Assembly (NCBI RefSeq): GCF_036321535.1 | Contig: NC_087436.1 | Span: 42,658,001 to 42,722,000, forward strand | Direction: 5' to 3' | Length of the DNA stretch: 64,000 bases | Origin: Camelus dromedarius | Taxonomy: Eukaryota | Shown here: in pieces, positions 36,540-47,810 of the stretch | How positions within the stretch are numbered: the first letter of the stretch is position 1 | Layout: each line of letters begins with the position of its first letter | Translations under genes and position numbers: made by a program | Notes under the pieces: model-generated | Seen by the model: the letters and a program-made list of their open reading frames with translations, nothing else | Told to the model about the DNA's origin: nothing | The model's database searches: none

Positions 36540-37310
36540 TTCAACAATCATTTTTTGGTATCTACTACTAAAAGCCATGGAGTCTATTAAGTACAATGAA
36601 CACAAAGATGAAAAGGCATGGATTCTTAAGTTTCCCACAGTGAACTTCTAGAGGGTCAAACATATTGATAGCTATTTACAATGCAATGCAATATATATGC
36701 ACCCACAAGAGTGTGCAAAAGGTACAGAAACAGCATGGAGGAGGGAGTGATCACTTAGTTTAAGAGCTTCAGAGTGGAAGGATGTCTGTGCTTGGGATGG
36801 GTATATCAAGTAAAGGGAATGGCATATGCAAAGTGCCTAAGAATAAAACATTTCAATAAGAATAAAACAGTATTCCAGGACCTGTTTGTTGCAATCATTT
36901 TTTATTGTTGGGAATGTTGATATCAAGAACCAAGACAGAGAACCCTGGAACATGAATAGTCCTTGGATATGTTGTGGGGATGGTGGTAATGGGGGTGCAG
37001 AGTCGGGGCAAGGGCAGGGAGTGGTCAAGACACAAGAAGAGTTTGGGTGAGTTGGTGGTGTTTAGGTTGAAATATCCAAGTGCAGGTCTCAGTTCAGGGG
37101 AGAAGTTGGGGCCAGAGATAAAGTCATTAAAACCATGGAAATAGGCTAAACCTTCTAGAGAAAGGACACAGTGTCAGAAGAAGTCTGGAGGACTCAGAGT
37201 ATAACCCACTGAAGAAAAGTAAGATGAGATCTTCAAAAGTAAAATAAAACCCACAGAAGAGCAATGCCAGAGAAACAGGAAGAGAAAAACGGCTCAAAAA
37301 GAACAGTGAT
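36540..37310 (-). mobile_element. L2 fragments (degenerate, with gap)
   Basis: TTCAACAATCATTTTTTGGTATCTACTAC...AAAGGGAATGGCATATGCAAAG...TCAGGGGAGAAGTTGGGGCCAGAGATA. Confidence 0.55.
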
Positions 37311-37409
37311 TGATATGGTCCCATTCTGGCATTGCACTCTGACCCCAGCCCACATGTTCAGACTCACTCACTCCTGCCACATCTCCACTCTTTCCCAATT
37401 CACTCTAGC

Positions 37410-37660
37410 TCTATTAATAATAATAACAGGAAGGTGAATACTGTTAGTCTTTGATTTGCATGTGCAATGTGCAAGACACTATGTTATATGCTTTTGGTAT
37501 TTTAGCTTATTTAATCCTCACACTCTGTGAAATAAATACTGTGACTAACTACTCTAATTTCACAGAAGAAACCAAGGCTAAGTGGGATTTGTCTAAGCAG
37601 GCGGACATGCAGTACAGTAGGATTTAAACTCAGACATATTTTAGATCTACTAGACTATTT
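37410..37660 (-). mobile_element. MIR SINE
   Basis: CTTATTTAATCCTCACA...ATTTCACAGAAGAAACCAAGGCT...GGATTTAAACTCAGAC. Confidence 0.7.
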
Positions 37661-37889
37661 ACCAGTCCTAAACATGACCAAGTGTTTTTATGTCTTCCTG
37701 ATTTTGCATTTGCCTGAAATAACCTTTATGTACCCACTTTCTGGTGAAATCACATTCTTCCTTAGAAACACAATTCAAATGTTACTTCCGTGATGGGATC
37801 TTTCTCTGCACCACCTCTTTTGCCTGACAGAATTACCATGTCCTTCCTCTGTGTTCCCATTAACTCTTTGTTCATACTATTATTATATT

Positions 37890-38490
37890 AGAGTGGGCAG
37901 AATGAACCTCAAAGATTACCATACCTTAATCCCTGAAACCTGGGTAAATATATTTACATGGCAAAAGAGATTTTGCTGATAAAATTGCGGACCTTAAAGA
38001 GGTTTTCTGGGATTATGCAGGTGGGCCCAATCTAATCACAGGCGCCCTTAAAAAGCAGAGATACTAGAGCCCTTAAAAAGCAGAAATCTTTCTCTGGCTA
38101 GAGTCAGAAATGTGTGAGAAAAGGGGAAATCAGAGATTGAAAACTTGAAAGGGACTTGGTCCACCATTAATGAAAGGGGCCACGTGGAAAACAAGAGAAA
38201 GAATGCAGGCAGCTCAAGAGCAAAGAGTGGCCCTTGGATGACAACTAGCAAAAAACCAGAGACAATCCTACAAACACGAGGAAGTGAATTCAGCCAACAA
38301 CTTGAATAAGTTTGGAAGCAGATTTTCCCCGAGAGCTCAGCCAAAATCTTTATGTTAGCCTCATGAAGTCTTAAACAAAGAACCCAGCTGAGCTCACCTG
38401 GACTTCTGACCCAAAGAAATTGTGAGAAAATAAACTGTGTTGCCATTAAATGTGGTAATTTGTTTCAACAGCAATGAGAAACTAATACAA
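37890..38490 (+). mobile_element. MaLR LTR (MLT1E-like) inserted in an L2 3' end
   Basis: GGCAGAAT...TTACATGGCAAAAGAGATTTTGC...GGTGGGCCCAATCTAATCAC...GAATTCAGCCAACAAC...CTGGACTTCTGACC...GAAACTAATACA; internal duplication GCCCTTAAAAAGCAGA x2. Confidence 0.88.
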
Positions 38491-39660
38491 CATACCAATC
38501 ATGTTCAAGTTAGTTGTTTATGCATTGATTATACTCATTAGACATTCAGTTCATTGAGTCAAGGAACCTTGTGTTATCCATCTGTGAGGCTCTTATCCTT
38601 AGGATTAATATGACTGACTCAAAGAACAGGCAGAGTCAAGGTTAAATTGAACTGACTGGAAGATCTTTAGATTCTCATAAGGGACCTTCACATTGTGGCT
38701 GGTTTGTTCTTAGTTCTACCTCAACATAAGCGCTTCTTCTTCTGTGCTTAGAAAAGCATCTCCTTAGCACCAGGGTCACAAAAATGAACATGATACTGAG
38801 TTTCCTTCAAGAATTGCAGATATTTCGACTGAGGGCTACTCCGGCAAATTGAGGTATTTTGTTGTCTGAAGACTTCTGTAATCTAGCCCTGCCCTAGAAC
38901 TTGCCCATTCCTGTGTCTGCCTGATAGCTGGTTTTCATCCTGTGTTCTAGTGCGTAAGCTGGGTTCATGAAGATGGATTCTCTTATCAAGGACAGGGGCT
39001 GCAAAAAGCTACAACTCAAGCAGTCAACCTTGCAGCTCTCAGCTAAGGGTCATTCCCCTGAACCCACCCCAGTGGTGACTTTCAGGGAAGAGAGCCAGCA
39101 AGAGTCAGGCCTTCCACTTCCCTTTCTTGTGTGAAAACAGTTCTGCTAGGTCAAAGCCTCTTCTCTGGGGAAGTAGAACTCACTTTCCTCCCTTCCTTGG
39201 AAATATGATGCTTAAATGGCTGCAAGGAAACATGATGCGCAGGTTAAAGAAATAAAAACACATTGATTTAATAATATTAAAATCTTTTCTTTTTTAGAGT
39301 CCAAGAACTTTTTGGAATCTAATCTTTCAGTACTCAATAAAAAATTCTAACTGCCTTCATTTCCTAGACTCCTATGTGCTCCTAATTTATTGACAAATGA
39401 GAATGAGGACCATAATACTGATTATGCTGTGGAAGGAATGAATGAGTTAACAGATAAAAAGAACTTTGAGCTAGCAATTCCACTTCGGGGAATATATTAT
39501 ATAGACCTAAAAGCACCATCTAATAAGAATATATGTATAAGGATGTTCAGTGCAACATGGTGGTGGCAAATAATAAAACTGGAAACAACACAAATATCTA
39601 TCCAACTGTGCATACTTAAATAAATATGGTACATATCCACTATGAACCATTATGCATTAG

Positions 39661-40166
39661 TTTTAGGTATCTCCTGGGTATCATCTCACATCTTCTCAGT
39701 CCACATTTTACTCCAGCTGTTGCTGTAGCAACCACTTGCTTGCAGGCATAATTGACAGCACCTTCCTTCAGCTGCATTGCATATTTCTTGCTTTGTGCCC
39801 AGAGTTTTTATCCTCAACACTTGAGATATTTGTAGGAACACAGCCATTCCAACACAGGTGAAAACCTGAAATTGAAAAGGGCACAGAGCATATCCTGACC
39901 ACTAGGGAGTGGGAACCAGCATAAAGATGGCTTCTCTTTTGTCTCTGGGGCAGACAATTCTGACATGCACTCTACACTGCTCCTCACAAGTCCCAGCTTC
40001 CCACGGTTCTGACTAGGTTGAAAACAAACCACTGGTTGACTTTTCTTCCTCCTCTGTTTCATTCCTTTCAGTCTTCCACTCCTGGTCCTTGGGATCACGT
40101 TCCAGAATAAACTGCCTGCAGGCAAGCCCTTATCTCAGACTTTGGGGATCAACCCAGGTTAAAACA
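39661..40166 (+). mobile_element. ERVL LTR (LTR16-like)
   Basis: GGGCAGACAATTCTGACATGC...CCTTGGGATCACGTTCCAGAATAAACTGCCTGCAGGCAAGCCCTTATCTCAG...AACCCAGGTTAAAACA. Confidence 0.8.
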
Positions 40167-40295
40167 GTAGCTATTTTAAAAAGGGAAAAAATGTCTGTTG
40201 ACCTTGAAGGATGTCCATAGCATATCATTAAATAAAGAAAGACAATTTGCAGATTAATGCCTGTGATGCCACTTACAAAAACAAGCAACACTTAA

Positions 40296-40307
40296 AGAGA
40301 GAGAGAG

Positions 40308-40344
<37 letters not shown>
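40296..40344. repeat. compound microsatellite (AG)7 (GT)17
   Basis: Directly visible; GT run 40311-40344 is uninterrupted. Confidence 0.95.
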
Positions 40345-40345
<1 letters not shown>

Positions 40346-41413
40346 TATGTGTATGTTTCTATAAACTTAGAAAAAGATTAAAAAGATGCACATCAAGCTA
40401 TTTGCACTGGTCTCCTCAGGGAAGTGGAAGGAAATTGTTAGCTCTTCCTTAATACTTTTGCCATTGTTTCACTAGTTACAGTGAGCAGATATTAATTTGA
40501 CAATTTAAAACACTTCGAAAAGAAAAAGATGTTTAAAATTAGCATCAAGACAACAGCCCAGGAAAAGGAACGTCCAACCAGGTGATAAGGAAGAAAATAA
40601 CCACACTATCGGACTTCAGCTGAACTACAAACTCGATCATAAGCGCTTTTATTAATAATCTTAGACAAGAAAATAATTTCTTGCCTGAGACTGTCATTGT
40701 AAGACAAATACCAACAAACTGCACTCACAGAACCAGCATTCTGGCTGCAACAGAGATACACTCCAGAGATCCCTGAAAGAAGAATGAGCCACTCAATAAG
40801 GACTTGGGATAATTAATAGATAAACAGATGCATGTCTTCTCCTGCGGCATTTCCATGGTGTATGTAACAGGGGCTCTGTCGAAGAATGAGAACAGCTATT
40901 TCATGAAAGAGCCTGGTTGAAAAAAATGAGAAATCTTACAAAAGAAATTTTTAAATGGCTGCAATGCTAGCATCATATAACCTCTTGGCTTGGTGCTCTT
41001 CGAATGTTGTATAAAGAAGGAAGATTTTACACAAGATTTTATGAAAAGTTAAAATCTAATCTGAATAAATTTCCATTAGCTTCATTTGCTTTTACTCCTT
41101 GGTGGGCTCATTATGAATTACTTTAAAGGAATGAGCATTGACTATAGGTATGCATGCATTTTAAGGAGGATGCTCTTGAATTCCTCCCCAGAAGCCTGGA
41201 CCTCAGGTTCAATATCTGGCCCCACTTGTTAAATATTGAAGAGGTGAGGAAATAACCTTTTAAAATCATATGAGACAAAAGAATGAAAGATACTTACTCT
41301 ATCAATTAATGGTTAACTTATGGCATCCAGTTATAAGTACCTTTTTCTATGGTACTAAATCAGTGGACCAAGTAAGCAAACCCTGTGATGCAAAGGCTAG
41401 GGTGATTTACCAC

Positions 41414-42292
41414 TGTGATGGGTAATTTTGTGTCTCAACTTAGCTGGGCCATGGTGTCCAGATATTTGGTTGCTACAGACTAAATATTTGTATCCCCCCC
41501 AAAGTCATGTGTTGAAAACCTACCCCTAGTGTGATGGTATTAAGAGGTGGGGTCTTTGAGAAGTAATTAGGTTTATTAATTAAGTAATGAAGATGGAGCT
41601 TCCATGATGGGATTGGTGTCCTTACAAGAAGAGGAAGAGATGAAAGCTCTCTCTTTCTCTCTCTTTCCTTCTCTTTCTCCCTCTTCCTCCCTCTCCCCCT
41701 CCCTCTCCCCACAATGTCGGAACACAGCAAGAAGGCAGCTATCTGCAAACCTGAAAAAGGACCTTCAGCAGACACTGAATCTGCCAGGACCTTGATTTTG
41801 GACTTCCCAGCCTCCAGAACTATGAGAAATAGATTTCTGTTGTTTAAGCCATCAGTCCATGGTATTTTGTTATAACAGCCTGAACTGACTGAGACATTGG
41901 TCAAACATTATTCTAGACGTCTCTTTGAGGGTGTTATTGGACAAAATTAACATTTAAATTGGTGGACTTTGAGTAAAGCAGATTGTCTTCCATAATGTAG
42001 GTGGACCTCACCAATCAGTTAAAGTCCTTGAAAAGAACAAAATTCTTACCTCTCAGACAAGAAGGAACTGGACTTCAACTGCAATATTAGTTCTTCCTGG
42101 GTCTCCAGCCTGACCAACTTTAAACACATTCTGCAACTCTTTCCCAAGTCTCCAGCCTGCCAAACCTCCCCCCATAGAATTTCGGGCTCACTAAGCCTTC
42201 ACAATTCTGAGTCCAATCCTTAAAATAAATATCTTTACATACACACATCCTATGCATCCATTCTTTTTCTCTAGAGAACCCTGACTGAGGCA
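41414..42292 (+). mobile_element. ERVL solo LTR (MLT2D/B-like) with nested MLT1A0
   Basis: TGTGATGGGTAATTTTGTGTCTCAACTTAGCTGGGCCATGG...CTCTAGAGAACCCTGACT...CA; perfect 5-bp TSD ACCAC (41409-41413 / 42293-42297). Confidence 0.9.
41471..41896 (+). mobile_element. MaLR solo LTR (MLT1A0-like)
   Basis: TG...CA termini; CCTTGATTTTGGACTTCCCAGCCTCCAGAACTATGAGAAAT; perfect 5-bp TSD TTGGT (41466-41470 / 41897-41901). Confidence 0.92.
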
Positions 42293-42349
42293 ACCACAAT
42301 GTATTCAAATGCTGTAGAAAGTGAATTGCCTTATTAATATAATTATTCA

Positions 42350-42600
42350 TAATTATAAAAACAAATATTCTTTGAATGCTTACTAAGTTCCAGGCATTGT
42401 TCTAAGTGCTTTACAATTTAAGTCACTTATTCCTCACAGAAATGCTATAAAGCTATCACCGCTCCCCACCCCCTGCTGTCCCCTTGTACAGTTGAGAGCA
42501 GAGGGAGCACACCACCCAGGAGTGAACAGCTCAGTAAGAGGCAGAGACATTTGTGAACATGTGGGTGGTGTTTCATAGCCCACACTCCTAATCATTAGAC
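42350..42600 (-). mobile_element. MIR SINE (degenerate)
   Basis: TTTGAATGCTTACTAAGTTCCAGGCATTGTTCTAAGTGCTTTACA...TTATTCCTCACA. Confidence 0.7.
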
Positions 42601-42612
42601 GAATTCTCAGCA

Positions 42613-42642
42613 AATAATAATAATAATAATAATAATAATAAT
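42613..42642. repeat. (AAT)10 microsatellite
   Basis: Perfect run directly visible. Confidence 0.95.
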
Positions 42643-42879
42643 CTGCAAAGACATGATCCTAAAATCAAATGTCATATCCTTTTTCTCTTGAATTCAAACC
42701 CCCCGATGCTCTGCTTGAAGTAATCTTTCTTTCATTGTGCACCTCCATTTCCTTGTCCCCAGACACTCAGTACCCTCAAATTTCTGAGTGAGACTTCTCA
42801 CTATGACCCTCATCCTTAGTCTGCCTTTCCTTCAAGAGCCATCATTACAAAGATTTCCCTCCTATCAGTGGTAGTGGGA

Positions 42880-43120
42880 TTGGGTGGAATCTGTGTGGTA
42901 CCTGGAATCACAGGTCTGAGCTCTGTCCCGGTTCTGACGTTACTAGATCTGTGAGCGCTGGCAAGTAACTTAAACTCTCTTAGTTTCCTCCTTGGTAAAT
43001 GGGGGAAATAATATCACCAACCCCAAATGAATCCTGTGAGGATAATAAGAATTAAGGCCTGGAAAGTGCATAGCACAGTGTCATGCACACAAAAAACACA
43101 CAATAATATTTGCTATTTTC
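42880..43120 (+). mobile_element. MIR SINE
   Basis: GGCAAGTAACTTAAACTCT...CTTAGTTTCCTCCTTGGTAAATGGGGG...GTGAGGAT...AAAGTGCATAGCACAGTG. Confidence 0.8.
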
Positions 43121-43222
43121 CAACCCAAACATTCACCAGCCCTGAGGCACATTTCATCTGGACCTTGTTCTTTCTTTAACACAGTAATCTGATAGCTTTA
43201 GCCTCTAAAAGGAAGATCTTAC

Positions 43223-43422
43223 CTGCAAGGAAATATAGTTCCATGTCAGGGCCTTTCTAGAAAGAAAATGCATTATCCAATGATAAGATCCTACACATTA
43301 GTGTGTAATAGACTTTCTTTTACCTCACTCTACTTACCTCTCCAAAGGGCTCACCATTCTAGCAGGGTTTAAGTTCCTAAGGAAAGTATAATAGTAAAGG
43401 ACAGTAGAACAGGCAATTCCCA
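43223..43422 (-). other. candidate two-exon segment (85 nt and 34 nt exons, 81-nt GT-AG intron)
   Basis: Minus strand: CTGAC branch-like motif, CCTTTTTATTTCCTTCCTGCAG, exon 43422-43338, GTAAGT...CACTAAT...TTTTCTTTCTAG, exon 43256-43223, GTAAGA; spliced frame open. Confidence 0.3.
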
Positions 43423-44139
43423 CTGCAGGAAGGAAATAAAAAGGATGCAGTCATGCAGTCAGATATTTCCATTTAAATGACACTTCAGAGTCAACTTGCA
43501 TAAAACTGATCTTATAATTTTAAAAATTCTGTCAATGATAGTATTGTTCACCCAGCAATACAAGTTAGAAACTCAGATTAATCCTGGATTGTTCATTCTC
43601 CCTCGTAATTTCCTGATTGATAATGAAATGACATCCAGACAACTTGTTTACTTTCACATACCTTCCTCTCTTACCACTGACACTATAAACATCCCAAGCA
43701 TCCCTGTAAAAACCCTTAGTCTTTTTTGGAATTCAGCCTGCACACACTAAACACTCTTCTGGGTTTTTTGATTCTTACAATTTTAGAAGTTGGAAATAGC
43801 TAATTAAAATGAAAAATAAATCTTGCCTATAGACATGCCAATGAATTCTGTCCGGTGGAGAGACAGCACACCCCCTCCCCAACTGAGAAAACAGTTCTGT
43901 CTCCATTTTTGCATTTATTTCAATATTCCTGATCAATTTATGTCTTTCTGTTCTTTGGATCCTCTTTTGAACATCTATCTACTTCTCTTATTATGAGTTA
44001 AATAAAATCTTTAATATATGTTTATTTTATATCTTGTAGGAGAATCATGATTTTACCTTTTTTATAAAGTTATCCCTAAACAGCATCATGTTAGTTGTCC
44101 ACTTTCCAATTATCAGTGCCTCTTTGATGCCTTTGCTAT

Positions 44140-44960
44140 TGTGCTTTATAATAAAAATATGTATATTTGATCTTTCACACTATTCCTAGCACAGAACTAA
44201 AACCCAAGGAAATTTCCTAAATGATGACAGCAGTAAAGATGTCTTCACATTCATAACAAACCCCTTTCAACCATATCCAAGTGGATGTTAATGAGGTGAC
44301 TTTTGAAAAGTACCTGAGGGTGGGGACTGGTTGCCAGGAGAACCGACTATAAATAGAGGGTGAAATTTCCAGCACCCACTGCCCCGATTCCCTAGGAAGG
44401 GAGAGAGGCTAATGATCGACTCAATCAACAATTGCCAATGATTTAATCAGCCATGGCTATGTAATGAAGTCTTCATAAAATCTCAAATGGAGGGGGTTCA
44501 GAGAGCTTCCGGGTTGGTGAACACATGGAGATGTGAGGAGAGTGGCACACTTGGAGAGGACATGGGAGCTCTGTGACCATTCCCCATTCTTGCCCTATGC
44601 ATCTCTTCCATCTGGCTGTTCCTGAGTTATATATCCTTTTATAATAAACTGGTAATGTAGTAAGTAAAATGTTTCTGAAGTTTGTGAGCCATTCTAGAAA
44701 ATTAATCAAACCCAAGAGGGGATAATTAGAATCTCCAATCTGTAGCTGGTCAGTTAGAAGCACAGATGTCAACTTGGATTTGCAACTGGCATCTGAAGTG
44801 GAGAAAGGGGGCAGTCTTGTAGGACTGAGCTCTCATCCTGTGGGATCTGACATGTTCTTCAGATAAATAGTGCCAGAATTGAGTTAAATTGTAGAGCACC
44901 CTGCTGGTATTAAAAAATTGCTTGATATAATGAGAAACCCCCACCCACATTAGAATTGAT
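44140..44960 (+). mobile_element. ERVL LTR (MER21B/C-like)
   Basis: GGGGACTGGTTGCCAG...GCCAATGATTTAATCA...GGGTTCAGAGAGCTTCCGGGTTGGTGAACAC...CTTGCCCTATGCATCTCTTCCATCTGGCTGTTCCTGAGTT...ACTGGCATCTGAAGT. Confidence 0.88.
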
Positions 44961-46074
44961 CTAGAGTTATTGGCCAAGAGCCGGCTTCTTAGATTATCAT
45001 TCACACTTCTTTACTATCTGAATGCAAGCTACACTTCTCATTTTTTTTCTCTAACTTTACCCTTACACATTCTCCTTGAGCCAAGAGGACTGTCACTGTC
45101 CTGAGCATGTCTTGATGTCACAGTCCTGCCTGTGGTTTTAGTTCATTGTATCTTTCCCTGCATCAAATTCCTGTTAATCCTTCATGGACAAAATCAACTC
45201 TTTAACTGTTCTGTTAAATCTTCCATAACAACCCTATACAAGTTCCTCTCTCTAAAGCATTTAGTATTGTTGGTATTCTTTTGAGACTTCATAAGTTGCA
45301 CTTTATTCTTTTAAATATATATCCTGTTGCCTTAGAGACCAGTTGTTCTTTTATTTCCATGTATCTACCCCAATACCTTATACCATACCTCAATTATTGG
45401 CTAAATAATTAATTGACAGTGTATCTTGGGGGGAGGTGGAGCTTCTATCATGTACCCTCTTCCCATCCTCCATCCGATACCAAAACAAAAGTATGCATAT
45501 AAAGTCTAATACTTCCTATACTTTGGGAAATTACTTTTAAGAAAAATAAGTAAGTAAAAGACACACATGCAATAATAGCTTGATTACATTCAACAGGGAA
45601 TACGTCTTAAATTCCTAGTTATGAATATTTTAATGAACAATATCAATAAAAGCCTCTTACCCTTTGGCCTATTTGTGATGATAAGGATTCAGTTAGTAAT
45701 AATAGCTCTTTGAGGACAGAGGGAACTCAAAATAATTTATTTTTCAAGAGCATAAAAGGCAAAGATCCTCCAGGGAAGTTGAATAAGCCATCTCCAAGTA
45801 GGAATAATTGCCAAACTTTCTGAAACATGGATGAATTATTAGTTTTGATAAACATAGATTTAAGCTCCATCTGAGAAAAAAATGCAGTGAACAAACTTAA
45901 ATAAAGCAACATACTTGCCATAAGAAAGAATCCCCAAGTTCTACGAGACATCTACAATGCTCAAATAAAGTATAGTTGAAAATTTTGAGGTTTTTCTGTT
46001 AGTGAAGTTCACACATCTACATTTAGAACCTTTTGACATTTTCATTGTCAGCTTCTCCTTCATGCTCACCTAGA

Positions 46075-46312
46075 AAGCTGTGATTAAGAACATGAACTTG
46101 GTAGCTGAGGTCCTGACTTTACCACTCATGTGACCTGGAGCAAGATACTCCACCTTTCAAAGCCTTGATTTGCTCTTCTATAAAATGAGAGTAATGATAG
46201 CCCTGCTTCTCAGAGTTCCCATGAGGATAAAATGAGAAAATGCACTATATTTCACTGAGCACAGAGCTTGGCACATACCACGCACTCAGGAGACATCAGC
46301 TGTTGTTATCAT
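46075..46312 (+). mobile_element. MIR SINE
   Basis: TGTGACCTGGAGCAAG...CTATAAAATGAGAGTAATGATAG...ATGAGGATAAAATGAGA...GCACAGAGCTTGGCACATA. Confidence 0.8.
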
Positions 46313-47399
46313 GACCTAATACATCATAGGAGAAAGAACCAAAATGCTTTTGAAGGAGTAATGCTGTTATTGAGACATATGATATTTACAAAGTCGAGAG
46401 TACTTCAGAATTTGCCTGACACAGAATTCAGAACAGCTATAAGACTGAAAGAATAGGGTGAAGTGAGACGCTTCCAATAGGAATTGAGATGTGTCAACAT
46501 CAACTTCCTTTATAGGCAATTTCACCGTCTGAGAGAAAATGGCAAGACAGAGCATATTGAAAAATAGATCTCCCTCAGGCTTTAGTTTATTATAAATTAC
46601 TTCATTTAAAGTACATATGTTATAAACGAAAATCTCTACGGAATGGAGCCACTCTATCACGGAACTTAGTTTAATGACCTTGGACCTAATCCAAAAGTTT
46701 TTAGTTACATGGACTTCCATAAGGACTTTATTAAAATGTGGTTACAACTATGATATGTCCTAGTCTCTGAAGGTGGCATTCTAAGGAAAGCCAAATGTAG
46801 TATTTGATCACAGAATCATATAATTTATGAATTGAAAGGTTATTATATAATTTTCTTATCCAACCCCTCCATTTTATAGGTAAGGAAACTAGGATATTGA
46901 GAAACTGAGTGTCTAGTAATGTTCTTTAGTGTAAATTCGAAAAATGCAATTGAAGTGATGGTCCTGGTGAGCAGTGACTTATTTTGACACATCTTCAGGA
47001 GCCTTTTAGCAGAACAGAACAAGCCAGGAATTAAACAATAATTCTGAGAAAGATGTAACAAAATTCTAAGCAGACACATGTGGTTTTCTTCTCAAAACTG
47101 TAATACTGCCCATGTGGTCTGTGCTTCCTCCCTTCCCGCACCTTGCTGAGCATTTTATTTAGCAAAGGGCTTCGCTATTCAGATGCTGACTCATTCTTGA
47201 TGATGGCAAATGGCACATGAACAACACAGACTCCACCAACGTATCTGCGATGAGGCTGGTGGCTTTACAACCAACCTAGATGGAATATCACAGCTTTCTC
47301 CTCCTCCCCACCGTGTTTAGCTATCTATATGACTGGCTTTATTAACAAGAATAATAGCAACAATTAAAAAAGAACTTTTATATGTTGGTATAATATTAT

Positions 47400-47810
47400 A
47401 AATAACTATAATTAACTTTATTGATTACTATTACATACCAGGCACTGTTCTAACAACAAGCCCTAAGAGATAGTTTCACTTAGCATTCTTTCCATAGACA
47501 TGAGCAAACTGAGGCCAAGAGAGTTAAATAAATTGCCCCCAAACACAAGCTAGCATCCAAACTCGAGTCCAGCTCCAAACCTACACCTTTTATCTTTGCA
47601 TTCTAAATTCCTGCATTCTTAACCATTAGATTCTACCATACATCATTTAATCCTCAAAAAAAAATTGTTTGAAGTAAATATTATTAGCTCTATTTTACCA
47701 ATGATACAACTGTGGTTTAGAGAGGTTAAGTCGAAAGAGGTTACAAAACATGAGTAAGTGGGAGCACCAGGATTATAATCCAGGTCTAGCTGATTCCAAA
47801 GCCCACACAC
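47400..47810 (-). mobile_element. two adjacent MIR SINE fragments
   Basis: CCAGGCACTGTTCTAA...AAACTGAGGCCAAGAGAGTTAAATAAATTGCCC and CATTTAATCCTCA...CTATTTTACCAATGATACAACTGTGGTTTAGAGAGGTTAAG. Confidence 0.75.

Larger units (their letters stand above)
39465..40520 (+). mobile_element. ancient L1ME 3' fragment split by LTR16 and a microsatellite
   Basis: CTTTGAGCTAGCAATTCCACTTCGGGGAATATA...AAACTGGAAACAAC...ATGGTACATATCCACTATG; resumes after 40167. Confidence 0.6.

Noticed and set aside
41473..41904. 143-aa minus-strand ORF with an RG/KE-rich stretch
   Set aside because: Essentially all within an MLT1A0-like LTR; the low-complexity part is a CT simple repeat.
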